A DNA stretch of 64,000 nt. Source: Oikopleura dioica. Its lineage: Eukaryota; Animalia; Chordata. Positions 1-13,421 of this stretch are shown here, one piece after another. Made by a program: the position numbers and the translations under genes. The DNA lies in NCBI GenBank assembly GCA_907165135.1, contig OU015567.1:14074001-14138000 (forward strand), given 5' to 3'. The notes beneath the pieces were generated by a model, which searched no databases, had not been told where the DNA came from, and saw only the letters and a program-made list of their open reading frames with translations. Numbering within the stretch: the stretch's first letter is position 1; each line of letters begins with the position of its first letter.

Positions 1-60
1 TTGGAACTTTGTACAGGCTTTTTTGAATTTCGACTATTGTAGATACTTTTGTACAGTAAA

Positions 61-2511
61 TTACTCCATGAATGTCAACAGCTCTTTCTGAAGCTGATCT
101 ATTCTGTTGACGACGGACTGATCTTTCTTGTCCACTTTTCGTTGCTTTTCTAATTTTTCAATTTCGTCCACAATCTTCAGCGACTTCTGCGTGACAATGG
201 TCGACATGCTCGCGCCGGCCGAGACGATCTTTTCTCGCAATTTTGAAACGTTGGTTATTGTTGCTTCACTCATGGATTTCACCGTGTCATCCGCTTCCGA
301 GTTTTCTGGACTCGAGCTTTTCAAACTTTCGGAGTTGATTTCGGACAGAGTGACGACGGAGATTGTGTGGTCTGCACCGATCGTGGTCGTGTCCTCGGGC
401 TTGACTGACGTATCCACCTGTGCTGGTTCTAAACAGGATCGCGGTTAGTCAAAATAATAGAAGTTACATGACAAAAGGTCAAACCGCATTGATTAATTCC
501 TCAAAAAATCTACTGAAGCTCCAGAAAATATATAGTTTTTAACAATGGTTACCTAGTGGCACTGGTGGAGCAGGACGTTTGTTTGACTCGGTCGAAATAA
601 ATTTCGTCTTTGTCAAAACTGGCGAAGCTTCATTTTTGAAAACAGGTAAGTGACTCTTCCTTGATTCCGAAGAAATAGTCTTCGCTAAAATTTCACGGGC
701 TTCTCCAGAAGCTCGGATCGGGACAGTTCGTTGATTTGGATCGGGACAGTATGATGGTGGATCATCATCGTAGTCAGGCAACTCGTAGGTTTTCATCGAG
801 TTACAGCGGCTTTGGCAAGAGATGTGAGTTAGCGTTTCGAAGTTTTGAGACTTTTGAGCTCTGAGCTGCGCTGCCTGTTGTTTCGATCGTTTGAGATTCT
901 CCAGTGCTAAGGCTGCTTCGTTGTCGATCTTTCTTGAGCGGCATCGAAGACAACAATGGACGGTGCAGCCGCAGCAGATAAGAATAATAACTCCAGCGAT
1001 CAGGCCAATAATGAGGACAATCTTCATCGGATCTGCAGCAGCAACGCCGAGGAGATCGACAAGGCCGGAATATGCATCAAAGAGATCTTCGCCAAGGAAT
1101 TTTTTGACCGCTACAGTGTTGGAGGCATCGTTGACCTCGCCAAGCTCGGCTCGAAAGATTTGCTCAACTGAAAATAGAATAATATTGATATAATGTTATA
1201 ACTTTTATGAGGAATCATAAAAATCAATAAGCGCTCGGTTGATTCTAAACCTTTAGGGTCAACGTAGGGCTGCTCTCCATCGGAAATGCCAAGAGTCATA
1301 AAACTTGGTCTCCTAACCGCATTCGCCGACCACATCTCTTTGAAACCCAAGTCAGTCGATTTGTCATCATCACCGGTCCATTCAGGCTCCTCCCGACCGC
1401 CAAAGGGCAGCCAGGCTTTTTGCTCTGGCTCGGCGTCGAGAACGTTTTCGGAACCGCCAAAAAGGAAGGAACCCATTCCTGCGGGTGGTTCGGGTGTTCC
1501 TAGAGGTCTCTAAAAATAACGTTAACTTCGGTTCTTCAGCTTGGAATCTTGAAATAAAAATTTGAATAAGAACCGATTGAATTCTCTTTGGCCGTCGTTT
1601 TCGTTGAACTTCTTGCTGCTTAGGCACAACACCACGGCTAGAAACAACATATCCTCCATATTCTCGCTGGCCATAGTCGTATTCATAATCATTGATGGCG
1701 AAGGGATTGTCGTACTGGGGTGGAGGATCGAGGTACTCCACGTCAGGATTTCTACCCATTCCAAATTGAGGTTGTTGAGCAATAAGACCAGGTTGAGCTA
1801 TTTGACCGTATTGAGGGATAACTTGAGCTGGTTGAGCCTGAATGTTTTGAATCGGAAATCTTTGTTGAGAACCGTATCCAAATATCTCAGGATAGAGCAT
1901 TGCCATATTTTGCTGCTGAAGCTGAGTTGGGTCGATTTTCGGCTTGAGAGTGTACGTGTCTGCGACTGCTTTGAAGGTGAAAGCATAACCCTTCGAGTAG
2001 AAGCCAACTGGAGTGTCGGTGGAATTGAAACGGACGATGATCTTGTTGCTGTCGGATAAAAATGATGGAGGTGTATCTGTTCCGCAGTAGTAACCAGTGT
2101 CCCGCTTGGTTTTTTCGTCGATGATGTTGAGACGATGATAGGTGCACTCTGGATCACCCTCGCCCTCTGAAAATTTTCGCTTTGAACAAATTCCTTTTGA
2201 AAGGTAATTTACCCTCTGGATTTTGTTTTCCAATAAGCAGAATTTCCTGAAACTCGATGAGAATCTTCTTCGTATTATCAGGACTTATGATTGAATAGTC
2301 GCAGGCCCAAACAGTCCCGAATCCTGATGGCCAGGATCGAGAAACGACTTGCTTGGATCGCGTGGTTTCTGCTATTATCGCTAGAAATTCGTGATAAACC
2401 AAAAAAAAGCGAATTCAGCTTACGTTGGAAAGGGCAATCTGAGATGTCCCATCTGGAAACGGTGGCCATCGCAAATTGAGACAGAGAAAAAAGGAAAAAG
2501 AAAAGAATCAT
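61..2511 (-). CDS. Type I membrane protein with N-terminal CUB domain (multi-exon)
   Basis: Signal peptide MILFFFLFSLSQFAMA; CUB motifs (CDYSIISP, KILIEF, ECTYHRL, YCGTDTP, SNKIIVRF, GYAFTF); TM helix IVLIIGLIAGVIILICC. ORFs join through introns 2167-2212, 1510-1573, 1168-1232 (GC-AG), 429-552 and one near 2381-2424. Confidence 0.8.
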
Positions 2512-3181
2512 CTTCGTTGATTTCAGCGGGAGAAAGTTTTAACAAGTATCTTTTTGAATAATTGGTTGTTTAAATTTATCTGGTTGAAAGAACATTTGTG
2601 AGGTATCCTCTAAACGCTCTTGTTCATAGTTTTGTCTTCGCGATATCTCCGGGTGATAAAAAATATATATAAATATGTTTTTCGGCTATCGTGGAATTCA
2701 ACTTTTGTTGTTTGTGTTTAAAATAGTAGAGACGTGAAAAATAATTAAATGGGCTGGTTGTTGCTTTTTTCGCTCGACACCGACTGGTGGCGTTGTGGTG
2801 CGAGGGGGAAAAGGTCGCCCAACCGCGCAAAAAGGCCTCCCTTTAGTAGGATCTTGGAAAAGCGGGCTTCTTCATCTTGTCCAGGAGATCTCAAAATTTT
2901 GTTGAGTTAACCAGCGGACGCGACGGTCGTCGAAAAATTGGCGGTTGTTTGTTTGAAGCAGCGTTTTTATATACAAAATGGCAAGTGTAGGTTTCGTTCG
3001 TTAGTAGAGGAATAATGTTACAAATATTCCAATTTACAGCTTTACAAATTTAAAATTTAAAATTGTTGAATGTTTTCAAGGGGGACTGCATTTGGGGTGT
3101 TAGGGTGATCGCATCGCATATCGGGAATTATGTGAAAAACGAGTCACGAAAGGAAATTAGTAATTAGGAAAATTGAGGGAG

Positions 3182-6100
3182 TTAGAATTCTTCTGACTGC
3201 TCGGCATCGATGAGGAATTCTCCAAGCTCGGAAATGTACAGGCAATTTTTGCCAGATACTTCGATGTTGCTTCCAACAGTGTAAAATCCCTTAATAATTG
3301 TTTGGATATCGAAAATTATGTATATTTATCTTACATTGAGTTTGATAGGAAGCTCGTTTGTAGAAATCTGTCCAATAACTTCTCCAGATTCACCGACTTT
3401 CAACAAGCTTTTCATGATGCCAGTCATGTTATTGCTCGAGTTGATCAGGTTGATCGTCAATTCTTGACCCCAAACCAGCTCAAATTTGACCCCATCATCA
3501 AGAAGCACAACCACTCGGTCTTTCATAACGTAACCCCGGCCGTTTCCGATTTGGAACTCATCTCCAGGAGCGAAATTGAAACCAACGGGGCCATTTCGAT
3601 CAACTTCAAAGATTGTCTGATTTCCGATCATAATCTTTGCTGACTGAAGTTTTTCTTCGACAGAAACTTTGAGGGCCAGTCCTTTCTCTCGGAGAAGCGC
3701 CAACTCTTTCTCGTTTTCAAGTCCGAAGCAGAAATCAGTCTTTTGTCCCTTGACCACCACCATGTTATCGGACAACGTAACAAGCGATTTCTCTTCTTGG
3801 AGCGAAGCAGTTGGAACAATCACGTGATTCTTGGTTGGTCGACGAAGCTGTCGGAACTTGAATTTTAGCTCTTTGATTCCAGAGTCTGACGATCGTCGAT
3901 CTCGGCCGGGTTTGCTGATCTGGAGCGATGTGACGGGAGTCAAAAGATTTGCTAAAATAATGAATTAGTTATCTGAGACAAATAGTCTATCTTACAGGCA
4001 ACAGAAAATTTGCCGGCGATTTCGGTCAGTTGTGTGTGCTCGTAATCGTCAAATGCATTTTCACGGGCGATCAGAAGATTGTGCATCTTAACAGCATTGA
4101 AGTACTCTTTGCCGTTGACTTGGGTGAAAGTGGTGGTATCGAAGTCGAGGAGGCCTTCTTCTGTGGTCATTTGAGTTTGGAGCTCGGATTCGAAGGAGCT
4201 TGATGCGATAACTCCACCAATAATGATCTTAAAAAGTGTTTAAATTTGAAAGAGATTTTTGATTCTTACCTCTCTCGATGGAGAAATATTTGAATCGTCG
4301 ATTGAAAGCTCTGTCGCTCCTGATCTTCCGTATTCGTTGATGACTCGTACGTCAGTAGATTTGATGCCGTGTCGTTTCTGAGCTTGGACCAAAGATTCAA
4401 GGAAGAAGTCCTGCATCATGTACTGAGCATCTGCGCGAGAGGGAACTCGGAGGACCATTCCCTGCGAACGAGCGCTAAGAGAGGTCAGGAAGTCTTTCAT
4501 TTTCGTGTCGTTCGCTTCTTCTCCAAATGCGATTGTGTTCAAAACTAAACGATATAATTACTTTTTCAGAAAAGAAAAATGAATTGCTCACCGATTTCGC
4601 TCTTATGGGCGATGAAATCAACCATGTCAAGAATCGAGGTCAAATCTGTGACTCCTGAAGTTGGAGCACCATCGGTCAGGAGGTAAATGATATTTTCTTG
4701 GTTTGAATCTCGCTTGTTCTGAAAATAATTGTTTGCGCGAGTTTTACGTAAAAATAACCACCTGTGAAAGAAGAAGAGTAGCCTTGACAAGAGCAGCGTA
4801 GACATCAGTTCCACCTCCTGCTTTCATTTGATCCATAAATTTCAGCGCTGCGAATGTGCTTCTGTCATTTACTGGCACCATTCGGTTATCCGAAAAGACC
4901 TTGTTGACCGACTCAAAGCTGACGATATTGAAAGTGTCTCCAGGCTTGAGTGCTTCGATCATGAATTTAAAAGCTTCTCGTGTTTGCTCAATTCTTTCGC
5001 CCATCATCGACCCGGAAGAATCAATCAAAAAGATAGCGTTGATTCCAAATGAACTTCTCAATCGAGCTGGGAAAAGATCAACTGGGCGGCATCGCTGGAC
5101 AAAGTACTGAGAGTCCGTGAACAAGCTGCATCCAGTTTGCTCGACGTCGAATTCGATTCCGAACCAGTATCGAGAGCTTTTGTAATCGATAGAGGGGGAA
5201 AAGTCGACAATGGCTCGGTGGTAGTCATCAAAGAACTGCTTGTTGGTTTCTGATCGAACGGAGCTTGATTGACGAGGCATTGGCTGGAGGAACTTGATTC
5301 TGTTCTCGTCCTCCACCATGATTCGCACCTGGAGGTTTTCAGAAGGAAATTCAGGGTCGAAATGAACTCCGAATCTGTAGCTTCCTCTTGTGCGCTCAAG
5401 GACTTCAACATATTCCATCACGTAAGTCAAGTTGGAGAAAGGCTCGACAGATGCCCGAACCATCAAATGTTGTCCAGCCTGTTTGATTTGAACGACTCGC
5501 GACTCGCCATTTTGAGTTGATTCAACGACAAGAGCTTCTTGCATTTTCTGATTGTGGTGGAGTGGAACAGCTGATTCAACTCCAAGAGCGCTTTTCAGTT
5601 GAACCTGTGGTTGTTCGAATGCTTCGACGATTTTCGATCTATAAACGCGCCCCTCAGCGGTGATGATGGAGAAGGAAGTAAGGAAGGACTTGGCGGGGAT
5701 GATGGTACGGAAAGGAGCATCAGCCATGGAAGGCTGGGAATTGACCGCGACTGCTTTGAAGACAGTCTTCGCAAAGCGGTTCTCAATCTTTGTTGTGACG
5801 GTTTTGGAAGCGATACGGGGCGGGAGCTGGTCGGTGACTTCGGAAAAGAAAGAAGTTGAACCGACGATCATCTCTCCATTGGACGCGGCAAGGGTCATCT
5901 GACCACTAGCTCCAGGCTTGGTATGGCGAGGAACTGTAATTGAAACTTCCAGATCAGTTACGGAAGAAAGATTATCAGCAATTTCGGGAGAGATTGAGAT
6001 CTGCCACTGCGGGTTGGTAGAAGAAGCGGAGAACTGAAGAGCTTCGCCTTCGTTTTCAATTCTGAAGAAAAAGACATTTGTTCGGCCGGCAATCACTTCG

Positions 6101-6801
6101 TTAGTTCGGGAAACGGAGGTAAAAATTGGCTTTGTTGTTCTTCGAATCCGATGGAAATGCGCTTGAGGAAGAGAAACAGCAAGTTTCATTTCTCCAACTG
6201 GCTCTCCATTTCCAGCGGCGTTGTTTGAAATGAAGTTGGCGCCGTCGCTGTTGCTAACTCGTCGCGAACCGATAGTAAATTCGTGTCCGCCGTCTTTGTG
6301 AATCGTATGCGACATGATGTCTTTTTGAGAAGTTACGGAGTACTCAAAGTTGACCTTCGCAAAAGCAGAGACAGTGAGTTTAAAGTGATCAGCTTCGCCG
6401 AGAACTCGAAGCGACCAGTTTCCATCGGTGACGTTTTCAAATCGGAAATATTTCAAGTTCGAAAAGTCAATTTTTCTAGAAAGAACTGGCTCAAAGGAAG
6501 CGCCATCAGGAGCATCGACGATGACGGTTTCGATGTGAGTGCCAGAGACTTCGACATGGAGCTGTCTGATAGACTTGTCGACAGGGATGGAAATTGGAGT
6601 ATCGGCGGTAACATCGTCGGAGAAAATGAGCGCCTTTTCGCTGCGAGTTCCATCGCAAATGAGAGGAGAGAGTTTGTGCAGAAGAGAAGCAGGAGTTTGG
6701 TAGACAGTACCGTACGTCGATCTGAATAATAAAATGTAAAGAAAGGTGAAAAATTGTCTCTGGAAAGAGGCCAAGAAGGGATAAAGGCCCCTCGTTGGCA
6801 T
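3182..6801 (-). CDS. Inter-alpha-trypsin inhibitor heavy chain-like protein (VIT + vWA) with a VWA7/hemicentin-like N-terminal segment
   Basis: VIT (TTKIENRFAKT..FRTIIPAKSFLTSF), vWA MIDAS (IFLIDSSGSM, GGGTD, LLTDGAPT), ITIH-type LLTPVTSL after a GC-AG intron 3952-4013. Last exon ends at TAA 3182-3184. The true start is uncertain. Confidence 0.8.
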
Positions 6802-6836
6802 GAGGATATATATTTACACTCTGAGAATCAACCAGA

Positions 6837-7901
6837 ATGAAGAAAGAATCGTCTATTATCGGTAAATACTCGTAGGAAAGGTAAATTACGCGTTTAGTTA
6901 TCATGGGGACTGGGAAAAATGCACATGCATTTGCGGAAATGTGCATCAAAAAGATGCCAAACTCGTTTATTTACATCGTCGGAAGAAGACTCTCAAAAGT
7001 GAAAGCTGTTTTTACCGATCTTCAGGTCAAAAATGAGGTGAACCGAAAAGACCTTGTTTAGACATGAATTTCTTTTTAGAATTATCACCGATACCATGGA
7101 ATGAAATTCTGTGTTTTAGACCCATCAAAGCATAGTGGAGAAACAATGATTGAGGGTTTGGACCCAGTCAAAGATTTTGATGTTCACTTTGATGAAGTAC
7201 CGACGCAGATACTTTTTGGGAGGGGTCAAGATGACTATCCTTGATGAATTTCTCATAGAAAATTTAAAATAATTTACCTCAAAAGAGCGATTTGCGAAAA
7301 TGAAATTATACGACCATCGATTTTCGAAAAATTAAACGCAAAAATGATGAATCGCAACTTTGAAAAATACATGAAAAGCACGATCAACTCCATAAAACTC
7401 GCAAAAACGATTCAAAAATTATGTAACGATATTCCAACTACTGTATTGCTTGCCGATGGCGATTGCGACATGCGAAGTACAGGGAGCCGCTACGACAGCT
7501 ACTGGGTCAGTTCAAAAGCCAAAAATCATCAAAAATTGACAGCGTTAATCTTCAGGCAAACTTGGCGACTGCCAAAAGTACCGTTGAATGTGTTCTCCCG
7601 ACGATTGCATCAGATATTATGCAGGTATTACGAATGTTATCGGCTCGCTTAATTCTGCTTAAAAGGTGATAACGCTCCGAGGGCTTGTTGACCGCGACAT
7701 GATTGCAGTATTAGGTCAAGGTTAAATGTTTCTGATTAGCGAAAAAATTGCTCTTGTGATGAATCTTCGAAAAAGTCGACGAGTACGAAAATTCCGAAGA
7801 AGCAAGAGAAACTTTCGGCTTCAACCCTAGCCGAGCAATTTTACAAGGAATCGAATTTCAATGCAGTTCTCTTCCTTGATTCCAAAAATATTTTGACCTG
7901 A
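6837..7901 (+). CDS. Hypothetical multi-exon protein with an N-terminal Rossmann-like motif
   Basis: Spliced N-terminus MKKESSII-VIMGTGKNAHAFAE..IYIVGRR (GxGxxA). Further exons in ORFs 7344 and 7463 with short GT-AG introns. Exon structure only partly resolved. Confidence 0.4.
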
Positions 7902-8066
7902 AACTTGACTTGACCCGACTCGAATCTTTCATAAAAGAGTCTGCCCTTCGTCTGGGCACGCCCTCAAGGCACAATTATGCGAACGAGAGAGGGAGCTTTG
8001 AATCGTTTTGAATTGGCTCTTTTCACAATAATTGAATAGCATTTATTTCTGAGCTACTATTCCGTA

Positions 8067-8562
8067 CAGGGCTGGATATTTTGAAATCAACAAAAATTTC
8101 AAACCCCGAAAAAAACATGAATCATCATCTCATCTATTTCAAAAATGCAATCTCAGAAAATTTTCTGTCTGAGATCTCAATTTTCAATTTTGCAAAAAAA
8201 TGATATTTGAAATGTTGAGATCTCAATTATCTCAGAAAACTGCGTGAGTTGGACACGCGCGTTGCAATGAAATGAAATTGGAAATGCTGAGATCTCAAGC
8301 ATTTCAGACGCATCTGAACCAATCACAAGTCTTGCTCTAAGCCCGCGACGTTTGTCAGCGGCCCTTGCGCGGTTTGCAAAATTTTGAGATTTGAGATCTT
8401 GAGATCTCAGCAATCTCAAGAATGGAGAAAATTATGACGAGGGTGTTGCAATAATATTGAAATTTGAGATTTGTTGAAATGGTGCAAAATTTTGAAATGA
8501 AAATGAGATTTCACAAAAAAATCGATTTGAAATTTTTGCTGATTTCAAAATATCCAGCCCTG
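8067..8562. mobile_element. hAT-type MITE
   Basis: TIRs CAGGGCTGGATATTTTGAAATCA; 8-bp TSD ATTCCGTA (8059-8066 / 8563-8570); internal GAGATCTC repeats. Confidence 0.85.
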
Positions 8563-9168
8563 ATTCCGTATTTTCCCGCGGAAAATTCCAGCTGAACTCG
8601 AAAACATACCACCGATACATCAGTTGATACAGTATAAACTCGCGGGAGTGTTAGACAAATCAACAACGGAAGAAAAAAAGAGTAAATTGAAATTGGTAAA
8701 AAGGACCGACGGATGTGGCGAGTGCGATGCTAAATTGTGTATTGAGTATTTCCGGCTCGGTCAGAATAGAACACCAATTATTTGACCAACCCGGTTCTAA
8801 ATGAAAATATTCTTTGACCGCGGAGCAGAACCTTTTGCTAATAAGAACATTGCCGAGTACATTTCCTCACGAAATTATTGACTGTAATAAAAGATCACTC
8901 TTACCTCGCAACACTTCTCCAAATCGCCTGAATATCTCGCGGAATTCGTTCTGGATTGATGAGCAAAATGTTGATTTGCAGATTCTAAAAAGGGAGCATT
9001 TAGTTTCTAGACCAATTGAGTTTGTTGTCAGCAACTGCAGTTGAGCTAATCAGTTTCCAAGCGAACAAGACGGCGACAAGGCGATCCCGTCTTCGATTTT
9101 AAGCTGACTCGATAAAGGAAAAAATCGAGAAGTCTTTCAAAATTACGGACTCTAAAAATTTTGAACCC

Positions 9169-12100
9169 ATGGACATCACGGACCCCGCTCTCAGCCCGTG
9201 GATGATGATGATGAACCAGATTGGTAACATTTCTGTTTTGTAAGTCCCCCATATTTTTGATAAACAAACAAGACTGTTTAAAAGTCGCTCTTCAAAGAGC
9301 TCTAGAATAGAAACCGGTTGTTGAAAACATCAATAATTTCCAAAACATCATCGAATTAAAAAATGTCCTGGTCATTCTAGAGCATCAAATCCTCAAAAAT
9401 ATCCTAGTGTCCCCAATCTGACCTCACCCCACTTCGTCCCCGGCCGCCAATCCGGCGTAGTAGTCCACACCGAGAACGACAACTCCGGCCTCATCCGACT
9501 GAAAGAAGGAGCGCTGACTGGACTGGAAGTTCCCTTCCAGCTCGCGGAAAAAGAAGTAAGCAAAAAATCTTTCGAGATCACTAATTGTTATTTTTTCAAA
9601 GATCGCCTTGAAAAAGCGGGAGCACGTTGAATGCGACTTGGCCTGCAATCAAATGGGAATCGAAGCGATCAACATTGAAGCAAGACCTTCTAGGCACGGT
9701 GGCGGCAAAAAGGAAAAAGCCAGTCTTTAAAAAGGGCTATTGAATGCTTTTATCCACCCATAAAGCAGATTTTGCGATGCCGAATACGATCCTAAAAAGC
9801 AAAATGGGAAAATCATTCATCTTCCGGAAGAGGACAAGGCCGGTGTGATCGAGTGGAAGCACAACAATACTTGCGTTTTTGTCCGATTTAATGGCGGTGA
9901 TGTTATTGATGTTCCAGATTCAGAGTAAGTTTTATTTCCGCCAAGGAGCTTAATTTAACAAGCGGTAAACATTATTTTCAGGAAAACTCTTGGCCTGCAC
10001 GACTGGGTAGATTTCTACCGCGAGAAAGAAAAGAATGCGGCGAAAATCATCTGCCCCGCCAAGGCAAAGCGTTTCCAGGTACACTAATTTGAAATTTCCT
10101 TCGCGCGCAGTTTTCCACTTCCGATTCAGGGCGAAGTCTGTTCCGTAAAAAGCGGTTACGGGTTCATCAAACGTCTCGATGTCGAAAGCGAGACCTTCTT
10201 TCACTTCTCCCAAGTTCTTGATCTCAAGGACGAGGCGGATAATAGGTATGCTCGGAGCTGGGAAATTATAGATCGGAAACGGACGAGGAATATAACGTGT
10301 TCTAAAAACTAACAATACCTTTCGTTTAAAACTTTATCAACCAAATCATTGAACCTGGGGTCGGCAACCGGACAGGACAACAGGACATCTGTGTCCTGTC
10401 ATGTCCGGTTTTATGTCCTGTTACCGGACAGGACAGGACAGGACACCGGTTTTTGGTGTCCTGTTCCGTGTCCGGTCCACAATTCACCCTCTAAATAACC
10501 TATTTTTTCCACTACAATGTGTATCGAAACAAAATTTGTTCTTCGTAACTTCACGAAAAATATATTATATTCGAATTTTGTCGGTTTTCTGTACTTATTG
10601 ATCTCTATTAATTTACTTTTAATACATATATCTAGTACTCTTCTTAAAAACCACGTATTTTGATTAAAATTTTTGTAAAAAAAGAATCACCGGACACGAC
10701 CGGACATAACCGGACAGGACAGGACATCGCCCTCTCAAATGTCCTGCCGGACAGGACAGGACAGGACACGGCTATTTGGTGTCCGGTTGCCGACCCCAGA
10801 TTGAACGATTTTCATTCAAAAAATTTAGGGTTGAAGTTGGGGATAAAGTCGATTTCTCCCTCGGCAATCATGACAAAAAAGAAGTCGCGCTGAAAATTGC
10901 CATTCTTCCAAAATCCTTCCCGATCATTTTCGACGATGTTGAACTAGATGTCTACGGTTTCCCGATGGAATTCGAAGGAGTAATCACCAAGCCTTGCTTG
11001 AAGGTAAAATTTAATTGACCATGAAGAGGTTGAAACGATTTCAGAAGGATTTGAGCAACGACAAGGGCAAGAAGAACTACAAGATCAAATACGAGCCGGG
11101 AATCGTTTCTTTCCGAAATCACAAATATGGCGGTCGCAAAAACGAGCTCCACTACTTTGAGCGCGATCGACAGAGCTCATTCACCCTCCTTGTAAGTTCG
11201 TCCTTCAGGAATAATTATCAAAGGTCTTCTTTTTCAATTTTTGGTTATCGAATTTTAAAAACGCAAAAGAGGAAGAGTCGAGTCGCCTGATAACGCCGCG
11301 TTCTGACAGACATCCGTCCGCAGATAGCGCTGTTTCAAATGCTTACTGTATTCATAAATGGATTTACTGTAACCATTCGAGAGACCAAACGGCTACAAAC
11401 GGTATCCTCGATTTTAGGGGAGGTGTCTGGAACCGACAAAAAAATTTCGACAAATTTTGCTTGGAAATTCTCAACCAATCAGAAGCCTCGATTCGGCAAA
11501 CTGGCCAATCAGCAGCCGAGTCGCCGCCTACGCAAAATTTGTCGAAATTTTTTGTCGGTTCCAGACACCACCCCCGATTTTACCCTCGAATTTCATAAGC
11601 GACTGAGAAATGAGAGTCTTCAATCATCGTAAAATACGTAAAACTGATTGTATCAATCTAGAAACACGACCGGATCATATTCAACATTGCGACAGATCGG
11701 CGAACGAAGAGCGAGCGAGCGATCAACATCCGCCTTGTGCTAGACAAAATGGAAGGCCGGAATCGACGAGAAAAAGGTGAATCGCAAAAGGGACAATGGT
11801 TACTACTCTTCCCGCTTCCCATAAAGACTGTCCTCTGCAAATAGCTCGCCCAAAGTTCACTTGCTGGAGGACAAGTTATGAGTAGCTTTTGAAAGATCGC
11901 TTTCATCTGATTCAACGTCAAGTGGGTTAAATATTGAAAGTGAGATCTTGAATAGAGTTCAACTTTTTCTGATTCAGGAGCTGTTGCTGCTGTCAAGGAG
12001 GGCTTTGGATTTATCAAACGGGAAAAGGTAACTTCTTCACCTTCTTTTTGATTATTTAACCTTTGCGCAAAGTGCGAAACCCAATCGGGACAAAGCGCAC

Positions 12101-13421
12101 GAATAGGTTAAATTTTCTCTTAGTGACTCCCCTTTTTTAGGCTCAAAAGGGCGACTCGCGCATCTTCTTCCACTCATCGGAAGTGCTCGACTCTCAGCCC
12201 GCATCGACGAAGAAAATCAAAGTCGGCGACCAGGTGGAGTTCCTGACCCTTCGGGATCCACTTGCACGGGCAAATTACCGCGGCCGGTGCCACGCGACTA
12301 GGTTAGACTTTGGCATGTCATTTTGTTTGCAGCTACAGCTCGATTCAGAATCCGGATCATCGCGCAATCCAAGCTGCAGCTCTCGCCTGAATCCGAAGGG
12401 CGCAAACGCAAAGAGAGGAAATCCTGTTCAGATTCAAGGTTAGGCCCCGATTATTCGACAGACGGTTTTAATTGAGGATTACAGATCGATCTCCTCGCAG
12501 CACTCGGACGATTCACTCTCGGACATGTTGTACAACGGAGTCATGTTCGAAATGCCGGACGGCGAGGTCGACGGAAAGATTCAAATGGAAAAGGATATGA
12601 GCTGCGGAGAAGGTCCCGAGGAACGGTTTTTTAGAGTGATGGCGGTCTTTGATTGGCCCAAACAAGAGATACGGCCTTCTTATTGGCTAATATAGCTAGA
12701 CTACCCCATCCTATGCCCCTAAGTCTAGGGTTAGCCAAAGGATTAGGGAAGCTAGAAAGATAACCCCTTTTTAGCGGAAATTCTAGTGCTAGCTTTCATT
12801 AATCCAGATAAAAAACTGTAGTGTGAGACTTTCGTGACAGTTTCTGCAGATGAATTGACCCACGTCCGTCTGGATGTTGGAACAAAGGTGAGAACTGCGC
12901 CTCATTGATTAATCCACTGGTCTCAATTCAGGTCCGATTTATGACAAGAAAAATGGAAGAAGGGTGCTATGCCGTAAACGTGCAGCCAGCTGAGCCGCAG
13001 ATCGGCTGGATCAGACTCGTCAAAGAAAACTTTGGCTTCATCAGAATAGAAGTGAGTCTGAGCCGCAGAACCTGTGCAAACATGAAATTATGGTATTCGT
13101 TATCAGAACTTTCAGGGCGTCGATGGGGACATTTTCTTCCACTCGAGCGAGGCAGACGGCTTCGACACGCTCAAGAAGGATGATTGGGTGCAGAGCACCA
13201 TCGAGTGGAACGATCGCTCGGGACGATGGAACGCCACCAAAGGAAATGATTCCAAAACACAGACCCCAAACTGACCCAGAAAGCTTCAGCTCAAGGGCAG
13301 GGTTCACATTTGCTCCACTCAAGTTCAAACTTTGGGAATCATCGAAAAAGTCACCAAAGTCTCGAACAAGCGACTTTCTCAAGGCGATGTCGAGCACGCG
13401 CCAAACATTGCGGTCGAATAA
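9169..13421 (+). CDS. CSDE1: Cold-shock domain-containing protein E1 (Unr)-like, multi-exon
   Basis: Repeated CSD motifs GYGFIKR..FFHFSQ, GFGFIKR..IFFHSSE, NFGFIR..IFFHSSE, and HDRIIFNIATDRRTKSERAINI resembling the CSDE1 linker. Boundaries are approximate. Confidence 0.8.
10355..10799. mobile_element. hAT-like MITE in a CSDE1 intron
   Basis: TIRs CTGGGGTCGGCAACCGGACA; subterminal ACAGG repeats; flanking direct repeat ATTGAAC (7 bp). Confidence 0.85.
11417..11574. mobile_element. Palindromic MITE with GG termini (Merlin/MULE-like)
   Basis: Arms of ~44 bp (GGGGAGGTGTCTGGAACCGACAAAAAAATTTCGACAAATTTTGC); 8-bp TSD CGATTTTA (11409-11416 / 11575-11582). Confidence 0.8.

Noticed and set aside
128-6729. 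Numerous + strand ORFs opposite the CUB and ITIH genes
   Set aside because: They are antisense shadows of real minus-strand exons.
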